Below, piece after piece: positions 34,481 to 46,540 of a DNA stretch of 64,000 nt. The position numbers were made by a program, and so were the translations under genes. Source of the DNA: Lama guanicoe (Eukaryota); assembly GCA_013239625.1 (NCBI GenBank), contig MU054323.1:124001-188000 (forward strand), written 5' to 3'. Position 1 is the first letter of the stretch, and each line of letters starts with the position of its first letter. The notes beneath the pieces were generated by a model, which saw only the letters and a list, made by a program, of their open reading frames with translations, was not told the origin of the DNA and did not search any database.

Positions 34481-37069
34481 CTTGTGAGTGATTGATGCTA
34501 TTAGGAGGGGTTCAGGGTGTTGGGAGAAGGTGGTCGCTAGTGTAACCCGAGGGGCCCCTGCATTCATCCTCTCACCCATTCATTTCATTCCTCCCACAAC
34601 CATTTAGTGAGCCTCCCCTATGCCGGGCATTTTTCAGTCTCTCCCAGCATATGAGTCTCCCAGTTTTGCACTCGTTTCAGCTGAAAGCTAGAGAAGTAAA
34701 CATTTCTTGTAACAGAGGAAATTTGCAGGAACAAGAGCAATCAATTCTGCTGCAGAGAAATTATTGAAACTTTTTAATAGGGATCTAATTGCGCGTCTTC
34801 GCACCTTCTGTCTCCCGCTGAACATTCCATCCTGGGCTCCGGATCAGCTGTGGGAGAGGGAACACAGGCTGACTGCTGCTAAATGTGGCGTGTTTGGGAA
34901 CAACATTGAGACAACAGGGATGCAAGAGCAGGGAGCTTGGTGCCATCTGCCTGAAGACCCCGGGGCTGGGGCTGGGGCTGGGGCAGGAGGACCACCCCGC
35001 CCTGTGGCTCTGAGTGACGGCTTCCCGCCCAGGAGTCCCGAGGACCTCAGCTCTCTGCAGAGGGGCCTTGGGAATCTTAGTGAGAGTGGTGGCTAGGGTA
35101 ACAGTAGACCTACACACCTTATAACCTACAATGGCTGCAAGAGAGGTGCTGTGACTGGAGGAAATGCCAAGCTCAGGGCGATGAACTTAACCTGAAGTCA
35201 GGGAAAGTTCCCTGGAGGAAAAGGGAATTCGCAAGTTGGGCAGCAGATAATTGGTATAAAAAGGGGGAGTGCCTTCTGGGGGAGAAAGCCCTGTGTACTG
35301 AAGGCATGAGTGGGAGATGTTTGAGTCCAGGAGGAGCTGAGAGGGTAGGGAGCTGAGGCTGTTCAAGGGATGTACCAGGAGATCCTGCCTTCAGGTCCTT
35401 TGCTTCTGTTTTAGCCTCCTGTCCATACATCCCCCCTGGATCTTGCCTCGAGTAACCCAGACCAGTAACTGGCAGTCCCTCCCTGTCTCCTTGGCTCCTT
35501 CTTCTTGCTCATAGGATTCATTGAGGAGTCAAACCTGCTCCCCACCCTTACATAACTCACAGCCCAGCAGAGGAGACAAAGGAAAATGGGTCTTGGCAAT
35601 CCAGCGTGATAGGCTGTGAAATGAATGTAAAAATCCTGGGAGAGCAATTCTCTCTGTCCTAGAGCTTCAGACGAGGCTCACAGGACATGGACAGCGGGGT
35701 AGGAAGGCATCAGGATGAGAAGGGGAGACATTTCCAAGCAGAGAGAGGAGGCTGTCCCAAGGCCAAGCCTTGGGACATTCAGGGACCGGAGGAGCTTCAG
35801 CGGAGCTGGTGGCCACTGTGGTTTTGTTGAAACGGTGGGGCTGTGGATTGGGCACCAGCGATGGGGCTTGATGAAGAAGGATCTCGTCAAAGAAAGGAAC
35901 ACTTCCCCACTGAGCACTTACCACGCACCCTCTGGGGCGGGCCTGGGGCTTGGGGTTCTCCCCTGGCTTTGGCAGGTGAGGAGACGGGGGCTCACAGCGA
36001 CTCAGAGCAGAGCCAGAATCTCGGGTCCCATCACCTTAGCACAGGCTCCCTGGCCTATGGTTCAGTGTTTGGTCTTTCTTCTGAGATTGCTCATGCTCCC
36101 TGGGGGCTTCTAAACAGGACCCTCTGGCCCCTGGTCGGGGCCTCGACATGTGTTGAGTCCAGGCCCTGGGCTCCTCACCCACGAGCTTGCCTCCTTTGGC
36201 CCCGCCAGACCTGCCCCCTGGGCACCGTCCTGCCTGGACAGGGGCAGCGCCACTCCTGCCAGGCCAGCCCGTGGCCACCCGGAGCCTCGGGACCTGGGTG
36301 TGATCGCAGTCTGCCCTGGGTGTTTACGATTCTTCCCGAGACGGCCTCGCGCTCCTCCCCTGGCCCGCCGGCTTCCAGAGCATTTATCAGGGCCGGTGTA
36401 TGTTTTTCTTGTGTGGGATTTGAAATGATTTCTTTAAACAAGGTCTAAACTGGGATTGATTTCCTCTCTTTATTTAGAGTGGTTTGTTTCGTAATACGGT
36501 TCTTTTAACAGTCTAAATTGTGGGAACTGGGAAGGAAAAAAAAGAATTTGCTGACTTCATATAAATACAAATTACTTTATCTCTCTTTGAAGACTTCCAT
36601 GTCTTTTCCTTGAAAAGGCTGGAGCCAAATTCTTTGGGGGTCCCTTTCTTGTCAGAATTGTTATGATGGGAAGGATACACTGGCCGCGAGACTTCCATTC
36701 CGGGGCTGAGAGTTAAAAACAATTCTGGCTTTTATATGGTGCCTTGTATTTTTCTTTCAAAGCAAAATTCATATCCTTTAGTTAGATTTTCCCGGCGTAA
36801 AAGTCTCCTTTCATGTGATGTTCATAACAGCCCCACGAGGTGAGGAGGGAAGGCAAAAATCCCCATCCTGTTGATGGAGGAAGAAACGACTTGCCCGTCC
36901 AGTTGTGGTCCTGGCTTCAGAGGTACTGGGTCCCTGGCTGAGTGACTCCATCAGCCATGTGTTGTTCTGATAAATACTTTTGAGTGCCTGCTCTGTGGCA
37001 ACCTCTGAGTGGGAAGTGACCCTGAAAATAAACTGACTTTTCCCATTGACTGAATCCTCCTGCCCCCTC

Positions 37070-37230
37070 AAACTTGCAGATGGTAGTTCCCCTACTTGCA
37101 CGCTTCCAGTGACAGGGAGCTCACCACCTATCAAGGTAGACCATGGATGACTCAGATCGTTAGGCTCCTCCCATATATGGAGCTTAAACCACCTCTCTGT
37201 ATATTTCACCCATGCTGCCCCCCGGGGGTC
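37070..37230 (-). mobile_element. L3/CR1 fragment
   Basis: CTTCCAGTGACAGGGAGCTCACCACCTATCAAGG...CCTCTCTGTATATTTCACCCA resembles antisense CR1 3' ORF2. Confidence 0.55.
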
Positions 37231-39384
37231 CCAGCTTCCCCACAGCACAGCACATCACCCCCCCCGCTTCATCCTGTCTTCCCTCTGTTTGGCACTAACC
37301 TCTGGGTCCTTGATTACAGGTGAGACTTGTCCAGACTACCTCTGGGCGGGGCCATTTGGCCCCTTATACTGGGCTTTATGACTCAATTAGCGTGGCACCT
37401 GCTTGCCTTAGATGGGAGTCACCTCGTTCTTTTGGACTCACATTAGCCTTGCCAAGCCCCTCAGTTGTCTCCCTACATCCTCCACTTGGATCCTTCGACT
37501 GGACCAAGGAGGTGGATTCTACCTTTATAGCCATTTGGCTGACTCATCATCAGCCCCGACAGATCCCGAGGACCCGCACCTCATGATCCTGGAAGCTCTC
37601 TGTCCTCCAGCAACGCTTCTCCCACACACTGGCCCAGCCCGCCTCCCACATCCCGTCCGAGCACTAATTAAATCGCTGCAGTGCGCTAAGCCCAGGAAAG
37701 GCCTCTTGCTGGCTCGCTTTGGATCATTAACAAGTGAACGCGCAGCCACGCTCGTCCCCAGCTTGTCCATAAGAAGAACACGACCTCCTTTGTCTAATGT
37801 CTAGGTTGAGTATGGCTTCATTCCACCCACTGAATCCCACTGCCATCCCAGCCCAGGGAGCCTCTTAGGAGGGGGCGAGAGTTAAGGTAACTGACTCTGA
37901 AAGCTCACGTGCTGGTTCCCAGGGCACAGCGCTCACCTTGTTTCTCTGCAGGTGTTCGATCCCCTGTGCTCTTACCCACTCTAAAATGGGATTGGGCGAC
38001 GCTTTTTTGCCTTTAGTTGTATGAGAGGAGGGAAAGGAGAAGAGTAGAAGAAATAAGAAAAGTCAGTCACGGCCTTGAAGGTTGTGCGAAGGGCTTTGCA
38101 AACAGTTCTGTCCCATCTGGAGCAGGTCCAAGGCGCAGGTCCAGTCCTTTGTTGATTTTGATGCTTCTGTTTCTCTCTCTCTCATTTGCAGAAGGTTTCC
38201 GAGTACTAGCTTAACAAGCTGTGATGCTGACAGCCTTGATTTCCAGCCTGCATGTTCTGTAGCACAGAATCCTTCTGGAGAGGGTGACCACACAGTCCAC
38301 CTGGCACACTACCGCTTCCCAGAGTGACAGAGGTGCTGTTGACACGTATGCCAGGACTCTAGGGATAACTGAGGACTTCTCTGGACAAATCGCACTGAGG
38401 ACCTCTCAGCTTCTGTCTCAGCCGCTCTGGGATCCTCGCGTCTCTGACCAGAGGCAGAGAGGGAACCACGTTTCACTGCCCCTGCGTGGGGCTGCAAGGG
38501 TGGAGGGCGGGGGCTGAGGGCTTGGCTGAGAAGCCAAATGTTTTGGGTTTGTCTCGGCCACATTATGCCTCGAGCATTTCCCTCTCACTGGCAGAGCTGT
38601 GTACTTTATGACGCAGTCATTTCGTGTGGTTCTAGTGCCTTCACACTCAGCTCATTGAGCCCATTCTTGGACAAGCTTCTTGCCGTCGAGTGAGCTCTCC
38701 CTGTGGAAGGCGCCTCTCTTTGAACTTGGAAGGCTGTTTATTTTGGGGCTGGAAACTGGAAACTTTGAATTCCCCAAAGCCACAGGCTCAGCTGCTGCTT
38801 TGCAGTGATAACCTGTGGAACCTGGAGAATGACAGCCTCCGGCAGCGCCCCAGAGGGGAGAACCCGACAGATCTTTTCATCCAACTGGCTCATGTTACAG
38901 ATGGGCAATCCCAGGCTCGAAGAGGAGGGAGGGGTTGAGTGAAGATCACCCAGCATCTTCCAACCTGTGCTGCTCTCCAGATATCCCCATGCCTGGTATC
39001 CTGTGGGAAATGAAGCGAGGCAATATCAATAATAAGCCATTTTATTATGTGCAGCCTCGAGGCACTCATGTTTCCAAGATGTCCTGAGGCAGTGTGCAGA
39101 CCCACATCCCTGCTCTACTGTCAAGTGCAGAGCTGAGTTAAAGCTCATTTGTTATGGAAGCAGATTGAGGGCAGAAAAAATCAACACTGGCTGCCCAGAA
39201 AGCCGGAGGAGGTTCTGGTGGCCCCTGGGGATCAGCACCCCTTGGGGTGCCTTGTGTGATGACACCCCATCTTCTCTGCACATGGTGCTCAGCTCTGCCC
39301 TCCTGGGAGCACAGTGGTGGGCAGCCCTCCCTTCCCAGGACCCTCCAAGAAAGGCCTCAGGTCTTCACTTGCCTCGGTAGGCAC

Positions 39385-39595
39385 CATGGCATAGAGAAGG
39401 ACAGTGGGCTTTGGGTTTGAAACCCTCTTCTTTCATCGGGGGCAACTCACTTGCCATCCTTGAGACTTAGTCTCTTCCATGTAAAAACCAGCACAGCTTC
39501 CCTTCTGGGTTAGTCTTGAGCTTTACAGGGCATGATGTGCGTACGAGTGTCTACCCTGTGTGCTTAATTCATAATACCAAGGTTATTATTACCAT
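39385..39595 (+). mobile_element. MIR SINE
   Basis: GGGCTTTGGGTTTGAAAC...GAGACTTAGTCTCTTCCATGTAAAA...GGTTATTATTACC. Confidence 0.55.
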
Positions 39596-39603
39596 CACTT
39601 TAA

Positions 39604-39817
39604 TAGAGAGTCTCTAACCTTGGCCACTATTGGCAATGTTTGTTGTGCGGACCGTTATGAGCATTGAAGGATGGTTAGCAGCATCCTTAGGCTCCACCTA
39701 CTAGATGTCATTAACACCCCCTCCCCCAGATTGTGACAGTAAAAGATGTCTCCAGACACAGCCATATGTCCTCTGGGGAGCAAAATCCCCACTCCCACCC
39801 CCAGTTGACAATCTCTG
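39604..39817 (-). mobile_element. MER20 hAT-Charlie MITE
   Basis: TTAGCAGCATCCTTAGGCTCCACCTACTAGATG...TGTCTCCAGACA...TGTCCTCTGGGGAGCAAAATC. Confidence 0.8.
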
Positions 39818-39879
39818 CTTTCATTGCCTGGAGTACCTAACACAGTCCCTGACATCACATGGTTGTGGGACGAGGAGAG

Positions 39880-40030
39880 ATTACCAGCCAGACTGATATG
39901 AGCTCAAATCCAGCCTCTACCAGTTACTACCATGTGGCTTTGGGCAAGACCCATAATCAGTCTAGCTTTGTTTTCCCATCTGTACAATGGGGCATCATAT
40001 TGGCTCTACCAGTTTATAGTCCGTCAAATA
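39880..40030 (+). mobile_element. MIR SINE
   Basis: TCAAATCCAGCCTCTACCAGTTACTACCATGTGGCTTTGGGCAAG...TTCCCATCTGTACAATGGG. Confidence 0.7.
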
Positions 40031-40681
40031 AGGTTTTTTTGTTTTGCTTTGTTTTATTTTGTTTTGCTTTTTATAGACCTGGGTCTGCCCAGAGAAGCTG
40101 CTTGACATATGTCTGTTCTATTTGCTTCCCTTTGGGGGGTACCCCCTCTGTCAAAGGGGGTCGTGGGATATTGGATGTCACGTGTCACCCCAGCGCTGGG
40201 AGGGGATGGAAACTTGAGAACGGCTGAATCTGAAGTGTTAAATTACAACTACGTTCAAAATGTCTCGAATCTTAATTTTCTGTTCTACTTCCTGAAATAT
40301 CCCTTTCGTTGTTGAAAACGCGTGTATCTATGTGCTGTTCACTTGTCAGAATGCGTTTGGTAACTCTGTTTTTTTTTCTCTTCTTGCAGCCACACAAGTA
40401 ATAACTCTCCACTGTGACTCTTTCATCCTTTAACAAATCGCTGTCATATCGGAATTTAATGTCATTTTCATAACAAGCCGGGGGCGGGGGGAGGCCCGGC
40501 GGGGGGAAGCGAGTTCCTCAAGGCCACACACAAGTCAGTGGCTTGCTTGGCCCAGAACCAAGTCAGCTGGCTCCTAGGAAGTCCGTTTGCTCCTGGTGCT
40601 GCAGGAGTGGGTGACGGCTGTGGGGGTGGAGGCGGTGGTGGTGGGACAGCGCCAGGTTGGGAGGGACGGCGGAGGACAGGG

Positions 40682-41040
40682 GTAATTAGCTTACTGGGGC
40701 GGCTGTAACAAAGTATCACAAGGCGGGTGGTTTAAACAACAGAGATTTATTTTCTCATAGGTCTGGAAGTCCAAGGTGTTGGTAGGGTTAGTAGAAATGG
40801 AGGCCTCTCTCCCTGGGCTCTTCTGCCCATGACCCTCCCTCTGGACACATCTGTGTCCTCCTCTCTTCTTGTAAGGACACCAGTTATATTGGATCAGGGC
40901 CCATGCTAGTGACCTCATTTTAATGTAATTGCCTTTTTTTTTTTAAAGGAATCTGTCCCCAAACACAGTCATAACCTGAGGTCACTGGGGGTTAGCGCTT
41001 CAACATATGAATTTTGAGGGACTCAATTCAACCCATCACA
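40682..41040 (-). mobile_element. MLT1B-like MaLR solo LTR
   Basis: GCTGTAACAAAGTATCACAA...TAAACAACAGAGATTTATT...TAAGGACACCAG...CTTCAACATATGAATTTTG...AATTCAACCCATCACA. Confidence 0.8.
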
Positions 41041-41174
41041 GGAAGGGAAAAGGGAGTCTGGGAAGATGTTGGAGGAAACTTCGAGAAAGGAGGGGGGTGA
41101 GACTGAGTGGAGAGGGTTTGGGACAAGACCGGCCGGAGGAGGGGCGCGGGAAAGCCCAGCAGAAGTGCCGCCAT

Positions 41175-41320
41175 GTCTCTCTCGCTCTCTCCCACCCCCC
41201 CTCCTTCCCAGCCCCTCGCTCACTTGATTTCTTTCTCTCTCCTCCTCGCCTTTGCCTGGATCTCTCTTTCTGCTGCCTTTGATTCTATCTCTCCAGCGCT
41301 CTCTCAGCCTCTCCCTCTCC
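41175..41320 (+). repeat. CT-rich low-complexity tract after a purine-rich tract
   Basis: Strongly pyrimidine-biased + strand; 41041-41165 is GA-rich. Confidence 0.7.
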
Positions 41321-42235
41321 AAGAAAGCAGAAAGCTCGGGGGAGTGGAGTGCGAGGCGAAGAGAGTGTTTGGTGCATGATTATTTTAGTAAGCTGGCTCA
41401 GCTTTTAACACAAAACCCACTGTAAATAAATGCTGTTTGGTTAGGAGACAGGGCTTCCCTTTCCACAATGAGCACAGAGGCTAGATTCACCAAGAAGGGG
41501 CCTGTCTTTCCCAGGTCTACCTCTGTCTTGGCTTTGTCTCTGGGGTCTAATGTCTCCTGATCGGGAGACCATGACCGCACCGGCATCCTGTCCTGCAGCA
41601 GGGCTAGCGTGTCGTCTCTGGGAGGAAAGAAAGGAAGGGTGGCTTCTGTGGGTATCTGTCGTCCTCAGCGACAGGCACCGTGTGGCCTCAGATGTCACTC
41701 GACACAGCTCGCTCTTGGAGGGATGGGATGACGGAGGCCCAGAAGGAGGGGTGGCTGCTTCGAGCTTGCACAGCTTAGCGGTGACAGAGCTGCATCCTGA
41801 CAGCAGCCCACCTCCTTGCCAAACCCGGGCAGCGCCCCAAGTCACCGCCACTGCACAGCTCCTTCCCACGGTCCCCCTCCTCTGCCTTGCCTCCTGGCTG
41901 AGGAAGCAGCCTCTGAGGGTTGCCAGTGGATGTGGGTGTGGGAGACTGTGATCTGCCGTTGGCAGGCACCGAGCATTTAGGGCCCAGAGCCTGCTGCCTG
42001 GAGCCCTGGGGTCATTCTTCTACGAACATCCTGGGACAGAAGTGAGCTTGAAAGGTCCTTTATCTCCTAGACTTGGTGTCCTGATGTCGGTGCCTCTTGG
42101 AGGAGAGAGGTGACCAGCAAGCAGGAACGTAGATGTCTTTGCCGGGAAAGGCTCGGGCTGGACCTGAAGACTTGCTTCGCGACGCAGGGAGCAAAGGGAG
42201 AAAGTCCTGTGGACGGAAACTGAGGGGACGGGGCC

Positions 42236-42656
42236 TGTCTAATCCAGAGCTGCCCTAACCCAGCGCCGCAAACGGGGCAGGTAGATGATAGGAATTGGCT
42301 CCCTCAAGGATTTGGAGGCCGCAAGTCCAAGGTGGATTTGTTGGCAGGGCCACGATCTCCCTAGGGGAAAATTTCTTCCCTGACTTTCTCTTCGCTTCTG
42401 CTGTCACCAGCGATCTTTTGTCTAGTGGACGCTTTGCTCCGACCGCTGCCTCTGTGGTCACGTGGCCGCCTTCCCCGTGTGTCTGTGTCTCTCTGTGTCA
42501 CCTCTTCTGATAACGACGCCAGTCATCCTGGATTTAAGGCTCTCCCTTCTTTAATATGATCTCCGCTCATTAATTATTCCTACGTCCTAATCAGGTCACA
42601 TTCTGAGGTTCTGGAAAAGACCGGACTTGTAGGGGGACACAATTCAAGCCAGTCCA
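42236..42656 (-). mobile_element. MLT1C/D-like MaLR solo LTR
   Basis: TG...CA termini; TGGAGGCCGCAAGTCCAAGG, AGGTCACATTCTGAGGTTCTGG, GGGGACACAATTCAA; TSD GGGCC / GGGTC. Confidence 0.75.
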
Positions 42657-43554
42657 GGGTCTAAGGGGAGTGAGGTGGCTGCAGCCTGGCTCAGGCTCCA
42701 CAGGCTGTGTAAACGTGAGGCAGTGGAGACGCAGCTCAAGTCGATGCCAGGCTGACTCGGGGTGTGGCCGGCCCCTGGCAGCTCGTGGACACCTGTCCCA
42801 TCTGTCGGCCCCACAACAGGGACAGACACGCCGAGCAAGGTTCTGGGGCTGCGGCACCTCCTTCGTGAGAGGTGAGGGCTGGATGGGGCTCTGTCCTGCT
42901 CACAATTTGCCTCTTGGAATAAACCAGATTAAAACACAGTCTGTGCCCTGGGCTGGTCTTTGGTGCCGACCTGCAGGCTCAGGGGGGTCTGTGGGGGGGT
43001 GGGGTGGCTGGATACGCTCTGTGTCTTCCTGCCCAGGTAAGACTCGCAGCTCCCGGGGGTGGGAAACTACACCTGAAAGGAGGGCAGTTCTGGACAAGGC
43101 CACGTGCTGCCACGCTTTGCTGAGAAGCCTGGGAAACACGCCAGTGTCGACAGAGAGTAAGTGGCATCTGGTCCACGTGGAGGAGGAGTCGCCCCGGGGA
43201 GCTCTGTGGCTCTGGGTGAGTCAGTGCCCCTCTCTGGGCCTTCCTCGTCTGGAGATCTGGGCACACGGCTTCTAAGTTTTCCGCTGATTCAGGTATTAAA
43301 TTATTTAAGTGCCGTCATTACCATTTTCCCAGTGCAGCAAGTTTTCCTTTCACAAAACCCTTTTGGACATTTTATCTAATTTAATCTCATCCTGGTGGGG
43401 TCAGTAAGTCAGGTGTCTCGCTCATACTTCAGATAAAAAGCCTGAGGCCGAGTCACTGAGCAGGGCCCTGGCACTGAGCAGTCAAAGCATCTGAGAGTCA
43501 GTGCCGTAGTGACTTAGTCCGGTGTCCTGGATCCCAGATAGTTCCGTGTTAGTG

Positions 43555-43820
43555 GACTCATTCGTCAGCTCTGTGTTGAGCGCCTGTTATTTGCCAGGGC
43601 CTGTGCTCGGCACTGGGGGCCACGAAAGTTCACAAACTGATCAAATCTCTGCTCTCTTGGGATTTCATTCAAAATAAGAAAAACAACAATAAACAAACAG
43701 ATGGCATGTGTTTGGGGAGGGGGCGGAATAGGCAGGGGGAGGGGCCTAGGGGCCATCTCAGAGCTAGCTGTGGTGTACACTGTAGACACAGGAGCCCTCT
43801 ACTAAGGTGAAAGTTAGTGC
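43555..43820 (-). mobile_element. L2 3' end (antisense)
   Basis: TCATTCGTCAGC...TTGAGCGCCTG...TGCCAGGGCCTGTGCTCGGCACTGGGG. Confidence 0.65.
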
Positions 43821-43924
43821 ATTGATTGTGAAGTCTTGCCTTTGTGTCTAAAAAGGCCAACAAAAGAAGCACAGACTGGGGAGGGGAGGTGGGCGGTGGC
43901 ATAAAAGGCATGAGAGAAGGAGCC

Positions 43925-44700
43925 TGGAAGATTCTAGCTAATAGTAAGCTCAGTTTTATGGTTCAGCCAGGTAGGAAGGCACTCAGTCAGCCGATGTGAT
44001 CTCAGGCTGCATTACTAGAGATCCAATGTCTAGAACAAAGGAGGTGATGATCTTACTGTATTTTATTTATGCTGGTCTGTCTGCGCCTGAACATGGTTTT
44101 CAGTTGTTTGGAGCTCTAGTGGACTAGTTGGCAGTTCATGAAAAGACAGGGACCAGGGGAGCAAAGGAACATGAAGACATTTCCTTGGGAGGACTTTTGA
44201 AGGAAGGGAGGGTATTTATCTTAGAGAAGGTGTATCAGGAAGAGGCTGTTTAAACACGAATATCTGTCAGGGTAAAAGGAAGTCGTCGTGTTTGGTATAG
44301 GTCCCAGGGAGACACACCTTCGAGCCTGGTCTCTGGGTTACTGCCTCTTACGGTTGTGATCTTCCCATCCCTGGAAGCAGTCAGGTAGAGAGGCCTCTGC
44401 CAGAGGAAGACTCACTCCAAACAGCAGTGATAAAGCAACGGCTGACATTTGTCAGTGTGACTATGTGCCATGTACACGGTACATGAATTAACTCATTTTA
44501 TTTTCCCCGCAACCCTGTCAGGTAAGAACTATTATTAACCCCCATTTTATAGATGGGAACATTGAGGCACAGAGGCACAAACTTGCTCAAGTTTGCACAG
44601 GGCAGCGGCTCCTGAGCCCGAGCTCCTATGACACATGAAGAGAGTTTGAGCAGGAAGACCTCTAAGGTTTTTCCCATCCCTGAGACTCTGAGGTTTTAGG
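43925..44700 (+). mobile_element. L3/CR1 3' fragment split by a MIR
   Basis: GATGTGATCTCAGGCTGCATTACTAGAG...AGAACAAAGGAGGTGATG; terminal GACCTCTAAGGTTTTTCCCATCCCTGAGACTCTG near 44655-44692. Confidence 0.6.
44430..44610 (-). mobile_element. MIR SINE
   Basis: ATTAACTCATTT...CCCATTTTATAGATGGGAACATTGAGGCACAGAG. Confidence 0.8.
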
Positions 44701-45689
44701 GCGTTCCCTGCTGGGACCATCCTCAAGTCATTTACTTTTTGTGGCCTTTAGGTCACGCTCTGCCTAAGGCCAAGGAGACCAGACACTGCTGACTCATTCT
44801 TCCCAGCTGCGGAGGCTGGGAACAGAGCCAGGCCACTCGGCCAGCCCAGCCGAGTGGCAGGTGCTGGCGGCTGTGGTTTGGCAGCAGGTCAGCAGCTGGG
44901 ATGCGGCCTCAGGGGCTGACCTGTGGGGAGGGCAGTGGGTCCAGGGAATCCAGGCTCTGTGACACTTCGGAGAGGGGTGGATTGGGGATAGGAAAGAAAC
45001 GCGATCCAGAATGCCACAAGAGGGACGCATGAAACTGGAAAGCCCTAGAGTTTGCTCAGCACCAGAGTCACTCATGACTGATTCCTGTCCACCTCGGTGC
45101 CACGCCCTGGGGGCTGACCTGGGGCTGCCAACAAGCCTCTCTGGCACTATTCGTCCCCTGACATTTACCCAATGCCTCCTCGGTGCCAGGGAGGAAGAGG
45201 GCCCCCTGCTGGAGGGACCTCCTCTGCCCAGTGCTTCTCAGGGGTGCAGCAAGTGTAGGGGTGCCTGGACACCCCCCCGGCTGCCCTGAGGGCCGAAGGG
45301 GTCAGTGTCACATGGTGCCCCTGGGGAGCTCTGCACACTCGCCCCTCAGGCACTTCCTGCTCACCTAGGGGCCCGAATCCCAGCTCCCTAGCATCTTACC
45401 CTCCAGTCTGACTTCTCCAGCATCTTGGGTTGTATCAGCTGTGTACTGGGATTGCCCTCTCCTAGGGGCACGGTGCCCTGGTTCTGTCACCTCTTCCAAA
45501 AATCCTTCATGCACCCCCCGCCCAAGCCTGGCTCCGGGGACTCTCCTCTCAGAGCACCGACTGCAGCCCTGTGATTGCTGGTTGGCTGGCCCGCGTCCCT
45601 GAGGACAGGGCTGCTCCTGTCTCTGGTGTGGCAGCCATGGCAGAGGGTTGGACAGAACCACGATTGCTACTGGGGATGGTCCTCACAGC

Positions 45690-45860
45690 TGGCCAGCGCC
45701 GGACAGTTCATGATGCGTTTCATGCTCATTCTTCCATGTGAATTTCATAGGCCTCTATGTGTGTTACTATTTCTACTTTACAGATGAGGAAACTGGGCAT
45801 ACTGAGGAGGAGAGTGGCTCTGTCAGGGCCACACAGAGCTGGGCCCGGGGGTGTGGAGCC
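45690..45860 (-). mobile_element. MIR SINE
   Basis: CTACTTTACAGATGAGGAAACTG. Confidence 0.65.
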
Positions 45861-46199
45861 ACGGCCCTCACTTGTCACCGCCTGCTGGTCTGGGTGGCCC
45901 TCTGCAAGGCACAGGACGGGGCTGTCAAGGACCAAGAAAGAGTTACTGTAGAAATTAAAATCAGCCTTAGTGCTTCTTCACCATTCAGGGAAGCAAGTGT
46001 GGGAAACTCACTTCCAAGGTGGAGTTGTGGGAGGGGCGGGGCTTCCCCTGGGCTGCTCCACTTAGCTGGTACCTGATCTGGGGCAGTCTTCTAGCTTCTA
46101 GCCACTTCTCTCCAGCTCTGGAGCCTGGTATTCCAATCCTAGACCCCCAGCTCCCCCAGGTCTCACCAGCCCCTGACTGTTTCAGTCTCACGCATCACC

Positions 46200-46540
46200 T
46201 CTCACCACTACATTTGACCAGCTTATTTCCTCTACGTGGACCCTCTTTCCTCTGCTCTTCCACTGTCCCAGCTCAGTCTAGACACCCCTCGCTCTGGGCA
46301 ACCTTCCGCCTCTCTCCCCCAGAACCCCGAGTACTTTGTAAACCCCTCCACTGACAGGTGTGCTTCTGGTTTACTCTCCTGGGCCACATATCCCGGAACT
46401 GGCCTCCCTCCACTAGACTGTGATCCTCTGGAATCCAGAGTCAGGCTGGCACTATTTCTGTGCCCCTGCACAGTACCGGTTTTGTAGCAGGTGCTCAGGT
46501 GGGGAATGAATGAACAAATGAGTGAATGAATGAGTGAAGA
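46200..46540 (+). mobile_element. L2 3' end
   Basis: CCACTAGACTGTGATCCTCTGG...GTAGCAGGTGCTCAG...GAATGAATGAACAAATGAGTGAATGAATGA. Confidence 0.75.

Noticed and set aside
38150..38290. Acceptor-like TTTCTCTCTCTCTCATTTGCAG
   Set aside because: No convincing donor and no recognisable peptide.
40390..40397. Possible 8-nt micro-exon CCACACAA between a strong acceptor and GTAATA
   Set aside because: Weak donor, frameshifting length, no host gene identified.
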